64,000 nucleotides of DNA from Desulfuromusa sp. (GTDB lineage: Bacteria > Desulfobacterota > Desulfuromonadia > Desulfuromonadales > Geopsychrobacteraceae). Under the pieces are notes generated by a model that saw only the letters and a list, made by a program, of their open reading frames with translations, was not told where the DNA came from and searched no databases. Of the stretch, positions 1 through 10,831 are shown one piece after another. Within the stretch, counting starts at the first letter, position 1. Every line of letters begins with the position of its first letter. The stretch is from assembly GCA_021647765.1 (NCBI GenBank), contig JAKIUD010000005.1:4173-68172 (forward strand). The letters run 5' to 3'. The position numbers and the translations under genes were made by a program.

Positions 1-304
1 ATATCCCGGTGGTAACCCCTTTACGTGCTTCAATGGAAACAGTAAATGCAGTGCCGAAAGAAGAGCTGTTATCGGTCACCATCAGCGGCAGATCGAGTTC
101 ATCGGCACGCGCCTCAGTTAGAGAGAGACAAATCAGGCCACGTCCCTGTGTCGCCATAAAATTGATAATTTCAGGTGTCACTAACTCAGCAGCAACAACC
201 AAATCACCCTCATTCTCTCGATCCTCATCATCAACCAGAATGACCATTTTCCCATGGCGAATATCATCGAGAGCGGCTTCAATTTTTGCAATTGGCATAA
301 ACAT
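1..304 (-). CDS. ribBA: RibBA (3,4-dihydroxy-2-butanone-4-phosphate synthase / GTP cyclohydrolase II), N-terminal 101 codons; the 3' end lies outside the window
   Basis: Absent from the ORF track because there is no stop in the window. My minus-strand translation from the ATG at 304-302 gives [73 protein letters not shown]..., a canonical DHBP-synthase N-terminus. It lies directly downstream of ribD-ribE. Confidence 0.9.
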   Translation of the reverse strand, partial: MFMPIAKIEAALDDIRHGKMVILVDDEDRENEGDLVVAAELVTPEIINFMATQGRGLICLSLTEARADELDLPLMVTDNSSSFGTAFTVSIEARKGVTTGI

Positions 305-473
305 TATCCTTCTTCTTAACTGCAAGAACAAATGAGTACGATGATCTTGCAAAAATAAATATGATTGCGCAACTATACAGGGCAATGGGCAAGTGACCGG
401 GCGAAACTGCCCATCCTCACCAATGTTGAGTAGCTACACGACAGCTGAGCTAATTTTGTGAGGCCAACTTATC

Positions 474-1124
474 TCACAGAAAACCATTTTTGGCAAGAAA
501 GTCAAAATCAACTTTCTGCGCTTTTTTTGTAGTCATTTGCCCTTGTAACAAACGCTCCACATAGCGCCCAAGTAAATCTGTTTCAATATTTACCTGTGAA
601 CCTTCACGGCAATTACTCAGTGTCGTCATCTCTAAAGAATGTGGGATGACCGCCACCGAGAACATATTTTGTTCAACCTTGTTTACGGTCAAGCTGATAC
701 CATCCACGGCAACAGAGCCCTTCTCAACCAGGTAGCGCATCACCTCCGACGGCACAGCAAATTCAAATCGAATTGAATTCTGATCCTGATAGCGCCGTCT
801 CACCGTTGCAACACAATCAATATGACCACTCACTAAATGCCCACCCAGTCGATCCGCAAGGGATAAAGCCCGCTCCAGGTTGACTCGCTGATTTGGTTGC
901 AAAGCTCCCAAGGTGGTACAATTCATTGTTTCCGGTGAGATATCAACAGTAAAATTACTTCTAGTCCACGCGGTGACAGTCAAACAGGCACCGTTGACAG
1001 CAATGCTCTCACCAAGTTGCAAATCTGCGTCAGAAAAATGGTTGGAAATCTGCAATTGAGCAGAATCCCCTTGGCGCTTAAGACTGTGAACTTTGCCGAC
1101 GGACTGAATCAATCCAGTAAACAT
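474..1124 (-). CDS. ribE: riboflavin synthase
   Basis: MFTGLIQSVGKV... with two lumazine-binding repeats; overlaps the ribD stop; sits in a rib operon. Confidence 0.95.
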   Translation of the reverse strand: MFTGLIQSVGKVHSLKRQGDSAQLQISNHFSDADLQLGESIAVNGACLTVTAWTRSNFTVDISPETMNCTTLGALQPNQRVNLERALSLADRLGGHLVSGHIDCVATVRRRYQDQNSIRFEFAVPSEVMRYLVEKGSVAVDGISLTVNKVEQNMFSVAVIPHSLEMTTLSNCREGSQVNIETDLLGRYVERLLQGQMTTKKAQKVDFDFLAKNGFL

Positions 1125-2224
1125 GGTACAACATCTCCCGTGACCAGAAAATCATCCCCTATCTGCGTATAGAACACATCTTCAAGTTGGATAGCCTCTG
1201 CCATTTTCTCACACCCCGCACCAGAAAAAATTCCAAAGGGAGAGAAGCCACCAAGTATTTTAGGGGCAACAAATACCATCAGCTGATCAAGCAGATTATG
1301 ATTAAGTGCAGCTCCAGCCAAGGTCGCTCCCCCTTCAAGGAGAAGTTTCTGGACATTGCGCCGCCCCAATTCCTGCCACAGTGCGGAGAGAGGAACCTTA
1401 CCAGAAGCAGCGGGAAAAATAACCACCTCTGCTCCAACATCCTCCAATAAAGAAATCATCTCCTGATCATTAGAAACTGTAGCAATCAACGTTTTTGCGT
1501 CTGATTTCTGCTTCAACATACGGCAATCAGCTTTGATCCGCAACTGACTGTCCACCACTACACGCAAAGGATCACGACCACCCCCCTCAGGAATGCGCGT
1601 ATTAAGCAATGGATCATCGTTTAATACGGTACCAACGCCAACCATGATCGCTTCGACACGATTACGCAACTGATGTACCCGCAAACGGCTCTCCTCCCCG
1701 GAAACCCAGTGAGAATCGCCCGTAGCGGTTGCCGTATTCCCATCCAGAGTCATTGCCGCTTTATAAATGGTAAAGGGTCGACCAGACGAAATATGCCGGC
1801 TAAAAGGTGCAATCAGGCGATGACACTCTATCTCAAGAATTCCAATAACAACCTTTACCCCGGCTTGTTGTAGCTTTTTAACTCCACGTCCTGCAACCTG
1901 AGGATTTGGATCAATCACCCCAACGTAAACAGATTTAATCCCGGCAGCAATCAGAGCATCGGCACAGGGAGGGGTTTTACCATAATGAGAACAAGGCTCC
2001 AAAGTGACATAGATATCTGCCCCACGGGCTTTTTCACCTGCCTGTTGCAGAGCAAAAATTTCAGCATGTGGTTCACCTGCTTGAGGATGAAAACCTTCCC
2101 CGACAACTCTTCCAGAGTTGACAATAACTGCACCAACCGGTGGATTCGGGGCAGTTCTTCCCTCCCCGAGCCGAGCCAGATTCAGCGCTAACTGCATAAA
2201 TTGCTGGTGTTTTAATTCTGACAT
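1109..2224 (-). CDS. ribD: bifunctional diaminohydroxyphosphoribosylaminopyrimidine deaminase / 5-amino-6-(5-phosphoribosylamino)uracil reductase
   Basis: CMP/dCMP-deaminase zinc motif (HAE...PCSHYGKTPPC) followed by a RibD C-terminal reductase domain. Confidence 0.95.
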   Translation of the reverse strand: MSELKHQQFMQLALNLARLGEGRTAPNPPVGAVIVNSGRVVGEGFHPQAGEPHAEIFALQQAGEKARGADIYVTLEPCSHYGKTPPCADALIAAGIKSVYVGVIDPNPQVAGRGVKKLQQAGVKVVIGILEIECHRLIAPFSRHISSGRPFTIYKAAMTLDGNTATATGDSHWVSGEESRLRVHQLRNRVEAIMVGVGTVLNDDPLLNTRIPEGGGRDPLRVVVDSQLRIKADCRMLKQKSDAKTLIATVSNDQEMISLLEDVGAEVVIFPAASGKVPLSALWQELGRRNVQKLLLEGGATLAGAALNHNLLDQLMVFVAPKILGGFSPFGIFSGAGCEKMAEAIQLEDVFYTQIGDDFLVTGDVVPCLLD

Positions 2225-2245
2225 TTCTATCTATATTGGTCTCGC

Positions 2246-2288
2246 AGAAAAAAGCAAATGCCGGAATATCCCCGACAGAGACTCCGGC
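2246..2288 (-). terminator. hairpin plus U-tract between nrdR and ribD (candidate terminator or attenuator)
   Basis: On the minus strand: GCCGGA-N17-TCCGGC followed by ATTTGCTTTTTTCTG, 26 nt after the nrdR stop and only about 35 nt before the ribD start. Confidence 0.45.
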
Positions 2289-2314
2289 TGAAAGTGATTC
2301 ACTAATAATTTCTG

Positions 2315-2773
2315 TCAGTGGGAGTTTTTCAATAAATCATTCAATTCTGACATAAATTCATTGATATCCTTAAACTGCCGATAGACCGAAGCAAAACGGA
2401 CGTAGGCAACCTCATCCACCTCTTGCAATGTGTCCATAACCGCTTCACCAATCAAACTTGCAGAAATCTCTTTATCACCACATTCCTGAAATCTCCGCTC
2501 CAATTGGTCGACCAGCGCTTCAATCTGCTCAACCGAGACCGGCCGTTTTTCACACGCACGTTGCATTCCCGAAATAATTTTTGAACGATCAAAGGCTTCG
2601 CGGCGGCCATCTTTTTTGATCACCCAGGGGAGAATTTCCTCAACCCGTTCATAGGTCGTAAAACGTCGCTCACAAGAAGGGCATTCACGACGCCGGCGAA
2701 CATTGTTGCCTTCTTTTCCAAGCCGTGAATCAACGACTCTGGTATCAGCATAGCGGCAGAACGGGCAATTCAT
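2315..2773 (-). CDS. nrdR: transcriptional repressor NrdR
   Basis: [46 protein letters not shown]: zinc ribbon plus ATP-cone. Confidence 0.96.
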   Translation of the reverse strand: MNCPFCRYADTRVVDSRLGKEGNNVRRRRECPSCERRFTTYERVEEILPWVIKKDGRREAFDRSKIISGMQRACEKRPVSVEQIEALVDQLERRFQECGDKEISASLIGEAVMDTLQEVDEVAYVRFASVYRQFKDINEFMSELNDLLKNSH

Positions 2774-3231
2774 TTATTTGTATCTCCTGTATATTGATGA
2801 AATGCAATTCCTGCTTCAGTGAGCATTTCTAAAGACAACTTATCGGGATAACCACGTCCAAATATAACCGCAACGACACCAGCATTGATCAGCATTTTAC
2901 TACAGATAATACAAGGAGAGTCAGTACAATAAAGGGTTGAACCGGTAATATTTGCTCCATGTCGGGCGGCCTGAATAATAGCATTCTGTTCGGCATGCAA
3001 TCCCCGACACAACTCATGACGTTCACCCGAGGGGACATTTAACTGATCCCGCAGACACCCGGTTACATCGCAGTGAGTGATGCCACTCGGCACACCATTA
3101 TAACCGGTCGCCATAATATTTCTCTCTTTAACCAGCAATGCCCCAACCTGGCGACGCAAACAGGTGGAGCGACTCGCCACCAACTGCGTAATCTGCATAA
3201 AATATTCATCCCAATCGGGGCGTTCAATCAT
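2770..3231 (-). CDS. dCMP deaminase family protein (ComEB-type)
   Basis: HAEQNAI...[13 protein letters not shown] zinc-binding deaminase motifs; 153 aa. Confidence 0.9.
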   Translation of the reverse strand: MIERPDWDEYFMQITQLVASRSTCLRRQVGALLVKERNIMATGYNGVPSGITHCDVTGCLRDQLNVPSGERHELCRGLHAEQNAIIQAARHGANITGSTLYCTDSPCIICSKMLINAGVVAVIFGRGYPDKLSLEMLTEAGIAFHQYTGDTNK

Positions 3232-3237
3232 GATGAC

Positions 3238-4491
3238 CTACTTTAATCGATGTGCGTAGAGGGGAAAACGCTGACAAAGCTCTTTAACTTCAGCACGGAT
3301 TTTCAGAAGTTCCGCCTCATTGCCAATATTCTGTAACGCACGATCAATCCAGTCAACAACCTGCAACATCTCTTTTTCTTTCAAGCCACGTGTCGTCGTT
3401 GCCGGGGTACCAATCCGGATACCACTGGTAACAAAAGGAGACCTGGTGTCAAATGGAACCGCATTTTTATTCACGGTAATACCTGCATCTTCAAGGGTTT
3501 TTTCAGCCACCTTGCCGGTAATATCTGTGCCGGTAAAATCAACCAACATCAAATGGTTATCAGTTCCACCGGACACAAGTTTATAACCTTTTGCAACCAG
3601 CCCAGCGGCTAAAGCCTGAGCATTTTTAACCACCTGCGCAGCATAATCTTTAAACTCTGGCAACAGTGCCTCTTTAAAAGCAACTGCTTTTGCCGCAATA
3701 ATATGCATCAGGGGACCACCCTGAATCCCGGGAAAAATGTTGCTGTTGAGCTTTTTCGCCCACTCTTCGGTACAAAGGATCATCCCGCCGCGTGGTCCAC
3801 GCAAAGTTTTATGTGTTGTTGTTGTTACAAATTCTGCGTATGGAACAGGATTGGAATGAACACCCGCAGCAACCAATCCGGCAATATGAGCCATATCAAC
3901 CATGATCACGGCACCGACGGTGTCAGCAATCCGGCGAAAGGCGACAAAATCAATTTCGCGCGGATAGGCACTGGCGCCAACAACAATCAGCTTTGGTTGA
4001 TGCTCTTTTGCCAGACGCTCAACTTCTTTATAATCAATGGTTCCGGTTTCTATGTCTAAGCCGTAGGGGATAATATTATAAAGCTTACCGGAAAAATTTA
4101 CCGGAGATCCGTGCGTCAAATGCCCCCCATGCGCCAGATTCATCCCCAGAACCGTGTCGCCAGGTTGGCAGACAGCCATATAAACTGCCATATTTGCCTG
4201 CGAACCAGAGTGGGGTTGAACGTTGGCATGTTCCGCACCAAAAAGATCCTTGGCACGATCTATTGCCAACTGTTCAGCGACATCGACAAATTCACAACCG
4301 CCGTAATATCTTTTGGTCGGATACCCTTCTGCGTACTTGTTTGTCAGGACAGAACCTTGTGCCTCAAGAACAGCTTCACTAACAAAGTTTTCAGAAGCAA
4401 TAAATTCCAGGTTATATTCCTGCCGCTCAGTTTCCTTCATGATGATCTGAGAAATTTCAGGATCAAAGGTTGTAAGATTCTGCGTAATCAT
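3238..4491 (-). CDS. glyA: serine hydroxymethyltransferase
   Basis: Strong SHMT signature ([15 protein letters not shown]). I moved the start to MITQNL because GGGAGG sits 7 nt upstream of that ATG; the track ORF begins 15 codons earlier. Confidence 0.96.
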   Translation of the reverse strand: MITQNLTTFDPEISQIIMKETERQEYNLEFIASENFVSEAVLEAQGSVLTNKYAEGYPTKRYYGGCEFVDVAEQLAIDRAKDLFGAEHANVQPHSGSQANMAVYMAVCQPGDTVLGMNLAHGGHLTHGSPVNFSGKLYNIIPYGLDIETGTIDYKEVERLAKEHQPKLIVVGASAYPREIDFVAFRRIADTVGAVIMVDMAHIAGLVAAGVHSNPVPYAEFVTTTTHKTLRGPRGGMILCTEEWAKKLNSNIFPGIQGGPLMHIIAAKAVAFKEALLPEFKDYAAQVVKNAQALAAGLVAKGYKLVSGGTDNHLMLVDFTGTDITGKVAEKTLEDAGITVNKNAVPFDTRSPFVTSGIRIGTPATTTRGLKEKEMLQVVDWIDRALQNIGNEAELLKIRAEVKELCQRFPLYAHRLK

Positions 4492-4551
4492 CGGTATCCT
4501 CCCATAATAGAAACAATAAAAAACGGGGCTATTCAATCAGCCCCGTTCAGT

Positions 4552-5001
4552 TTAATGGTTAATAACCCTCTGCTCAATAACTGAAATCTTATCCAATCGT
4601 TTCTGATGTCGACCCCCCTCGTACTTAGCGTCATACCAGATTTCAACCAATCTTTTACCCTGATCAGGAGTTAATACCCTTCCCCCCATCACCAGGATGT
4701 TTGCATTATTGTGCTCACGAGCCATTTGTGCGGTAAAATCATCATGAACCAGGGCAGCCCGCACACCAGGAAACTTATTGGCAGATATCGACATACCTAT
4801 TCCAGTACCACAAATCAAAATCCCCAATTCAGCTTCACCTGAGGAAACAGCACTAGCTACCTTTGCGGCATAATCAGGATAATCGACAGAATCAGACCCA
4901 TCGGTACCGAAATCAGCGCAATTAACTCCTCTTTTCCGTAAGAGCTCAAGAATGGACTTTTTTAGCTCATAGCCACCGTGATCACTCCCTATAACGAGCA
5001 T
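4552..5001 (-). CDS. rpiB: ribose-5-phosphate isomerase B
   Basis: MLVIGSDHGGYELKK...ICGTGIGMSISANK. The ATG is preceded by GAGGTG; the track start at 5013 is an upstream TTG. Confidence 0.93.
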   Translation of the reverse strand: MLVIGSDHGGYELKKSILELLRKRGVNCADFGTDGSDSVDYPDYAAKVASAVSSGEAELGILICGTGIGMSISANKFPGVRAALVHDDFTAQMAREHNNANILVMGGRVLTPDQGKRLVEIWYDAKYEGGRHQKRLDKISVIEQRVINH

Positions 5002-5009
5002 GACACACC

Positions 5010-6242
5010 TCAAATTTTACGAAAAGCAAGGGTCGCGTTCGTTCCACCAAAACCAAAAGAATTTGAAAGGACGACCTGACAATCAGCTTGACGCGCTTCA
5101 TTAGGAACATAATCAAGATCACATTCCGGGTCAGGATCCTCATAATTGATCGTCGGTGGAACAACACCATGTTTCAGCGCCAGTGCAGAATAAGCAGCTT
5201 CCATCCCACCAGCAGCACCCAAACCGTGACCAGTCATACTCTTGGTAGAGCTGACCATAACTTTCTGTGCATGATCACCAAAAACTGTCTTAATCGCCAT
5301 GGTTTCATACAAATCATTAAAATGGGTCGATGTCCCGTGAGCGTTGATGTAGTCTACCTGTTCCGGATTTAAACCAGCACCACTCAGCGCCATTTTCATA
5401 CAACGGGCAGCACCTTCCCCACCAGGAGCGGGTTGGGTTAAGTGAAAAGCATCACTACTGAGACCATAACCGACAATTTCACAGTAGATATCCGCACCCC
5501 GTTTTTTAGCACTTTCATACTCTTCAAGAATCAGAATGCCGGCACCCTCAGACATAATAAAACCATCGCGGTTATTTTCAAATGGACGACTCGCCGCTTG
5601 AGGATTATCATTACGAGTAGAGAGAGCCTTCATCACATTGAAACCACCAATCCCAAGTGGAGTAATCGTTGATTCTGTACCGCCAGCAAACATGGCATCA
5701 GCATCACCACGTATAATCATGTGGTAAGCATCTCCAATGGAGTGAGTTCCGGTTGCGCAAGCAGATACCGATGCGAGATTTGGTCCTTTAGCGCCAAATT
5801 TGATCGAAATGTGCCCGGGAGCCAGATTAATGATCAGCATTGGGATAAAGAAGGGGGTAACTTTCTTATGGCCTCGCTCAAGCATCACCGTATGGTACTT
5901 CTCAATTGCGGGTAAGCCGCCCAGCCCTGAACCAACAAGAACCCCGACACGTTCGGCATTTTCATCATTAATCTCAAGCCCAGAATCTTCCAAAGCCATT
6001 GTCGCTGCAGCTAGACCATATTGAATAAAGAAATCCATTTTCTTGATCTCTTTCTTGTTAATATAATCTTCCGCATTAAAATCTTTAACTTCTCCAGCAA
6101 TCTGCGTTGGCAGATCTGAAGCATCAAAACGGGTAATTGAACCTATTCCGGATTGACCACTGGTAATCGCTGACCAGTTCTTTTCTATTCCAGTTCCCAA
6201 GGGAGATACAACACCAATGCCGGTGACTACGACTCTACGCAT
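5010..6242 (-). CDS. fabF: beta-ketoacyl-ACP synthase II
   Basis: [16 protein letters not shown]..., active-site ACATG, C-terminal [10 protein letters not shown]. Confidence 0.96.
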   Translation of the reverse strand: MRRVVVTGIGVVSPLGTGIEKNWSAITSGQSGIGSITRFDASDLPTQIAGEVKDFNAEDYINKKEIKKMDFFIQYGLAAATMALEDSGLEINDENAERVGVLVGSGLGGLPAIEKYHTVMLERGHKKVTPFFIPMLIINLAPGHISIKFGAKGPNLASVSACATGTHSIGDAYHMIIRGDADAMFAGGTESTITPLGIGGFNVMKALSTRNDNPQAASRPFENNRDGFIMSEGAGILILEEYESAKKRGADIYCEIVGYGLSSDAFHLTQPAPGGEGAARCMKMALSGAGLNPEQVDYINAHGTSTHFNDLYETMAIKTVFGDHAQKVMVSSTKSMTGHGLGAAGGMEAAYSALALKHGVVPPTINYEDPDPECDLDYVPNEARQADCQVVLSNSFGFGGTNATLAFRKI

Positions 6243-6300
6243 AAATAATCTCTCTTTGATAAATTACGGATGGTTTAAGTTGAACAGCAGTAAACACAAC

Positions 6301-6331
6301 GGTGGTACCGGATAAAAAAACCGGCACCACC
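6301..6331 (-). terminator. strong hairpin between acpP and fabF (attenuator or processing stem)
   Basis: Minus strand GGTGGTGCCGG-N9-CCGGTACCACC (11 bp with one G-U) followed by a weak GTTGTGTTT tract. Confidence 0.45.
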
Positions 6332-6339
6332 GAATTCAA

Positions 6340-6573
6340 TCAGGAAGTTTTGCTGATATAATCGACAGCATTTTTGACGGTCTGAATTTTCTCTGCATCT
6401 TCATCAGAGATTTCCACGTCAAATTCTTCTTCCAAAGCCATAACCAGCTCTACTGTATCCAGAGAATCCGCACCCAGATCATCCATAAATGCAGCCCCAT
6501 CAGTGACCTGTTCTTCGTCGACACCCAGTTGCTCAGCAACAATTTGTTTTACTCTTTCTTCAATAGAAGCCAT
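6340..6573 (-). CDS. acpP: acyl carrier protein
   Basis: [19 protein letters not shown] phosphopantetheine-attachment motif; 77 aa. Confidence 0.97.
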   Translation of the reverse strand: MASIEERVKQIVAEQLGVDEEQVTDGAAFMDDLGADSLDTVELVMALEEEFDVEISDEDAEKIQTVKNAVDYISKTS

Positions 6574-6622
6574 TTTATTTCCTCCTCTTTAAGTTATGTA
6601 GGCTATCTCATCAGCCAGTTTG

Positions 6623-7360
6623 TTACATGTACATTCCACCATTGACACCGATCACTTGACCGGTAATATAGCCGGTATTCTCAGATGCAAGAAAAACCAC
6701 AGCATTGGCAATATCTTCCGCAGACCCAAGCCTTGCCAAAGGAATTTGGGCTGCCAGTTCCTGACGCTTTTCTTCGGACAAAGCTTCGGTCATCGCGGTC
6801 GCAATGAATCCGGGAGCAACAGCATTTACAGTGATATTGCGCTTTGCCAGCTCACGAGCGTTTGAACGGGTCAACCCCATCAAACCAGCCTTGCTGGCAC
6901 AATAATTTGCCTGACCGGCGTTTCCCATCTGTCCAACGACTGAAGCAATATTGACAATTCGACCACTGCGCTGTTTGGTCATCAGCTTGGATACAGCGCG
7001 AGTACATAAAAATGCCCCCTTGAGATTAACATCAAGAACGGCATCCCAATCTTCATCTTTCATCCTGAGAAGCAACGCATCACGGGTGATGCCAGCGTTA
7101 TTGACCAAAATATCAATCCGCCCAAATGTTTCTTTGGCAACTTGCACCATATGCTCAACATCTGTTGCGAGCGTAACATTACCCTGCACCGCTACCGCCT
7201 CACTCCCCGAAGCTTTAAGCTCAGCAACAAAATCCTCAGTTGCCTGAGAGTCAACATCCACTGCAACAATTTTAGCACCCTGAGCTGCCAGAGCTAATGA
7301 GATACTTCGCCCGATTCCACGCGAAGCACCTGTTACTAATGCAACTTTATCTTGAACCAT
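6623..7360 (-). CDS. fabG: 3-oxoacyl-ACP reductase
   Basis: SDR motifs TGASRGIG, NNAG, YxxxK; sits in the fab operon. Confidence 0.95.
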   Translation of the reverse strand: MVQDKVALVTGASRGIGRSISLALAAQGAKIVAVDVDSQATEDFVAELKASGSEAVAVQGNVTLATDVEHMVQVAKETFGRIDILVNNAGITRDALLLRMKDEDWDAVLDVNLKGAFLCTRAVSKLMTKQRSGRIVNIASVVGQMGNAGQANYCASKAGLMGLTRSNARELAKRNITVNAVAPGFIATAMTEALSEEKRQELAAQIPLARLGSAEDIANAVVFLASENTGYITGQVIGVNGGMYM

Positions 7361-7436
7361 ATAATTTCTCCTTCAATTTCGCTGCTAGGCAATATATCAC
7401 ATTAACCTTGATCGTCTTGCAAAAAGTCATTTAATC

Positions 7437-8357
7437 CTAAGTAAAAAGTTTTTCTAAGCTGGTAACATCGTCAATATTCTTTTGTCTTGCTGATCGATCA
7501 ATGCGCTTAATCAAACTGGAAAGAACCCGCCCCGGACCAATTTCTATATACCTGGTAACCCCTAAATCCTTCATTTTCTGGATCGATTCATCCCAGCGAA
7601 CCGGAGCACAAACCTGTTCAACTAGTAAAGTTTTGACTTTGGCCTCTTCCTGATAAGGGACAGCTTCGACATTACTGACAACGGGACAGGTCAGCGGCGC
7701 AACATTGATCGACTCAAGCTCTGCCTGCAAACGTTGCGCAGCCTGAGCCATCAGACTCGAATGAAATGGGGCACTAACCGGTAAAAGAAGTGCACGTTTA
7801 GCACCTCGCTCCTTCGCCAGAACAATGGCTCTCTCAACGGCAGAGGTGTGTCCAGCAATAACAATCTGTCCCGGGCTATTATAATTGGCCGGGGTAACAA
7901 CTTCCCCTGCTGCCACATCCTGACAAAGCTGTAAAAGCTCTTCCTTTTTTATTCCCATAATTGCTGCCATGGCTCCGGCACCAACGGGGACAGCTTCCTG
8001 CATAAAAGTGCCACGCTGCCGAACAGTTATAACTGCTGCTGCAAAAGTAAGCGCACCTGTGGCAACCAGAGCAGAATACTCTCCGAGAGAATGCCCCGCA
8101 ACAAAAGATGGCAATAGATCTGTCTCTTCCTGAAGTACCCGTAGTGCAGCAATACTTGTTGTCAGAATCGCGGGTTGAGTATTGGCTGTCAGCTTGAGGT
8201 CATCTTCAGACCCGGAGAAACAGAGCGTTGTGAGATCAAAACCCAGGGCATCGTTGGCTTCCTCAAACACAAGTTTTGCAACATTGAAGTTTTCAGCGAG
8301 TTTTTTCCCCATCCCTGAATATTGTGAACCCTGTCCTGGAAAAACAAATGCGTCCAT
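7437..8357 (-). CDS. fabD: malonyl-CoA:ACP transacylase
   Basis: FPGQGSQYSGMG and GHSLGEYSAL active-site motifs. Confidence 0.95.
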   Translation of the reverse strand: MDAFVFPGQGSQYSGMGKKLAENFNVAKLVFEEANDALGFDLTTLCFSGSEDDLKLTANTQPAILTTSIAALRVLQEETDLLPSFVAGHSLGEYSALVATGALTFAAAVITVRQRGTFMQEAVPVGAGAMAAIMGIKKEELLQLCQDVAAGEVVTPANYNSPGQIVIAGHTSAVERAIVLAKERGAKRALLLPVSAPFHSSLMAQAAQRLQAELESINVAPLTCPVVSNVEAVPYQEEAKVKTLLVEQVCAPVRWDESIQKMKDLGVTRYIEIGPGRVLSSLIKRIDRSARQKNIDDVTSLEKLFT

Positions 8358-8417
8358 GTTTATTTATATCCCTCAATCAAGATCTATTGCATCTCAATAG
8401 GTAAATTTACTGACTAA

Positions 8418-8525
8418 GCAAAAAGTTTGGCCTCCAAGGCATAGTCGTTTTGCAGGGGTGAAGGCATACACAGGTCTGTCGAGGCCATGAAAAACGGCTA
8501 CAATACCGAAGGTCGGACTTTTTGC
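8418..8525. repeat. 108-bp palindromic structured element in the fabH-fabD spacer
   Basis: GCAAAAAGT (8418-8426) pairs with ACTTTTTGC (8517-8525). Inner pairs are GGCCTC/GAGGCC (8429-8434 / 8481-8486) and CCGA/TCGG. Its right end, read on the minus strand (CTTGATGGTGTCGCAAAAAGTC), matches 7405-7426 on the plus strand at 19 of 22 positions. Confidence 0.5.
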
Positions 8526-8538
8526 GACACCATCAAGC

Positions 8539-9516
8539 TTACCAGCGTATCAACGTTGAAGCCCAGGTAAAACCGCCACCAAAAGCAGCCGAAAGAATCA
8601 GATCACCTTCTTTTAACAAACCTTGATGATAAGCTTCATCAAGAGCGATAGGAATCGTTGCTCCCGAGGTATTACCATACTTATGTACATTGATAAAACT
8701 TTGTTCTTTGGTTAAGCCAAGACGTTTAGTTGTTGCTTCCAGGATCCGCAGGTTTGCCTGATGCGGGATAAATTGTGCAACGTCAGCGCTGGTATAGCCA
8801 TTTGCAGTCAAAGCCTCTTTTGAAACCTGGGTCAAAGAACGAACCGCAACCTTAAAGACTTCATTCCCTTGCATCTTCAAAAAGGGGAGTTTAGCTTCTA
8901 TTCCCTCAATAGAAGCTGGATTTCTTGAGCCAAAACCGGGTTGATAGAGAAGTTCAAGATATTTCCCGTCTGAATGTAGATGGCAGGATAGCACTCCGGA
9001 ATCACCCTCCTGGGCTTCTAGCAATACTGCGCCAGCACCGTCCCCAAACAGGACACAGGTATTACGATCAGTCCAGTCTATAGCACGGCTGAAGATTTCT
9101 GCCCCGATGACCAGGGCTCTTTTACCCCGCCCCGACATGAGAAAGTCATTGGCACTCGACAACGCAAAGAGGAAGCCACTACAAGCGGCTGAAACATCGT
9201 AAGCAAAAGCTTTGTTTGCACCAAGATTAGCTTGAACAACACAAGCTGTTGCCGGCCAGGGGTAGTCACCGGTGATCGTCCCCATAATAATCAAGTCGAT
9301 ATCGTCAGCTGCAACGCCCGCCATATCCAGAGCACGTTGTGCTGCAATCGTTGCCAGATCCGAAGTACATTGGCTATCAGCAGCAATGCGCCGCTCTTCA
9401 ATTCCGGTTCTTGCAACAATCCAGTCATGACTGGTGTCAACCATTTTTTCAAGATCGTAATTTGTCCTGATATGTTCAGGCAGATAAGACCCGGTACCGA
9501 TAATCCGTGATTTCAT
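8539..9516 (-). CDS. fabH: beta-ketoacyl-ACP synthase III
   Basis: MKSRIIGTGSYLPE...DVSAACSGF...HQAN. I chose the ATG 10 nt after GGAG; the track start at 9522 is a TTG only 4 nt after the SD. Confidence 0.95.
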   Translation of the reverse strand: MKSRIIGTGSYLPEHIRTNYDLEKMVDTSHDWIVARTGIEERRIAADSQCTSDLATIAAQRALDMAGVAADDIDLIIMGTITGDYPWPATACVVQANLGANKAFAYDVSAACSGFLFALSSANDFLMSGRGKRALVIGAEIFSRAIDWTDRNTCVLFGDGAGAVLLEAQEGDSGVLSCHLHSDGKYLELLYQPGFGSRNPASIEGIEAKLPFLKMQGNEVFKVAVRSLTQVSKEALTANGYTSADVAQFIPHQANLRILEATTKRLGLTKEQSFINVHKYGNTSGATIPIALDEAYHQGLLKEGDLILSAAFGGGFTWASTLIRW

Positions 9517-9563
9517 TTTCAACTGACTCCTTTGCCAGAAACAGACAAGCTTTATTGAAAGGG

Positions 9564-10556
9564 TTAGATCAGGGCTGCCAATTTTTCCTCAAAGCGAATC
9601 TTTGCATATTCCTCAGCCTGGCGAATTGCAATAGTGATTGCAACCGGGTCAGAACTGCCATGACAAACAATCCCCGCACCAGCAATACCAAGTAAAGGGG
9701 CACCACCATATTCGGCAGGATTGATTCTCTTTTTGAATGCAGAAAATGCCGGTCGACTGAAAAAAAAGCCAAGCTTAGCCCAGAAGCGCCCTTCAATTTC
9801 CTGTTTGAGCATCGTGCCGATAGCGACAGCTAACCCCTCAGAAACCTTCAACAGAACATTGCCAACAAAACCGTCACAAACAACAACATCAACCGAGCCA
9901 TTGTAAACATCACCACCTTCAACGTAGCCAAGATAATTGAGTGGTGAGTGCTTCAGCAACTGGTGTGCCTCCCGGGTCAGATCATTCCCTTTTTTTTCTT
10001 CTTCCCCATTGGAAAGCAAGCCAACCCGCGGGCGGGTTATATTGAGAAAATGTTCGACATAAAGACTGCCCATAATGGCAAACTGGTAGAGATGTGAGGC
10101 CTTACAATCGACATTCGCCCCCATATCCAAAACCATAGTCTGACCATTCAGATTGGGTAAAAAGGTACCAATCGCCGGTCGGTCTATCCCTTTGACACGC
10201 CCAAAAACAAACATCCCGTTGGCCATAATAGCACCGGAGTTCCCAGCACTGACCACAGCTGAAGCGCCACCTTGTCTGGCGAGATCAAAAGCGACACGGA
10301 TAGATGAATTTTTTTTCTTGCGCAGGGCATCTGAAGGCGACTCATGCATACCGACAACTTCACTGGCATGATGAATCTCAAGATTTAAATCCCGGATCTG
10401 ATGCTTCTTGAGTTCTGTCTGTATCTGCGCAGTATCACCGACAAGAACAACCCTACAACCCCATTGTCGACACGCCGCAACGGCACCGGCAACCTCAACC
10501 GCAGGAGAATTATCCCCACCCATAGCATCAACAGCAATTTTAACCGACGTAGTCAA
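9564..10556 (-). CDS. plsX: phosphate acyltransferase PlsX
   Basis: [12 protein letters not shown]... PlsX signature; classic rpmF-plsX-fabH order. Confidence 0.95.
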   Translation of the reverse strand: MTTSVKIAVDAMGGDNSPAVEVAGAVAACRQWGCRVVLVGDTAQIQTELKKHQIRDLNLEIHHASEVVGMHESPSDALRKKKNSSIRVAFDLARQGGASAVVSAGNSGAIMANGMFVFGRVKGIDRPAIGTFLPNLNGQTMVLDMGANVDCKASHLYQFAIMGSLYVEHFLNITRPRVGLLSNGEEEKKGNDLTREAHQLLKHSPLNYLGYVEGGDVYNGSVDVVVCDGFVGNVLLKVSEGLAVAIGTMLKQEIEGRFWAKLGFFFSRPAFSAFKKRINPAEYGGAPLLGIAGAGIVCHGSSDPVAITIAIRQAEEYAKIRFEEKLAALI

Positions 10557-10568
10557 TGTAAAGCCGAA

Positions 10569-10751
10569 TCAGACTTCGTCACTGCTGATTACTTCTTTAC
10601 CTTTATAGGTTCCACAATGTGGACAAACACGATGTGGCAATTTAGGTTCTTGACATTGAGGGCACACAGAAATGCCTGGTGCAGAAAGCGCATGATGAGA
10701 ACGACGCATATTTTTTTTAGATTTAGAAGTTTTCTTCTTTGGTACTGCCAT
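10569..10751 (-). CDS. rpmF: 50S ribosomal protein L32
   Basis: [19 protein letters not shown]...CPQC...CPHCG. I moved the start to MAVPKK. Confidence 0.95.
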   Translation of the reverse strand: MAVPKKKTSKSKKNMRRSHHALSAPGISVCPQCQEPKLPHRVCPHCGTYKGKEVISSDEV

Positions 10752-10831
10752 TTCACTATCTCCTTGCAATTAAACAAATAATTTTGTTCAAGATTGTTGT
10801 TAGCTGTCTGTTGATGACCTGCATGAATTAT

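Noticed and set aside
9-335. 108-aa plus-strand ORF at the left edge
   Set aside because: It is the antisense shadow of the ribBA N-terminus, which translates cleanly on the minus strand. The plus-strand product is Ser/Arg-rich and low in complexity.
305-473. FMN riboswitch or terminator in the ribE-ribBA spacer
   Set aside because: Only short hairpins are present (TGTGAG/CTCACA and ATGGGCA/TGCCCAT). There are no RFN core motifs and no U-tract on the coding strand.
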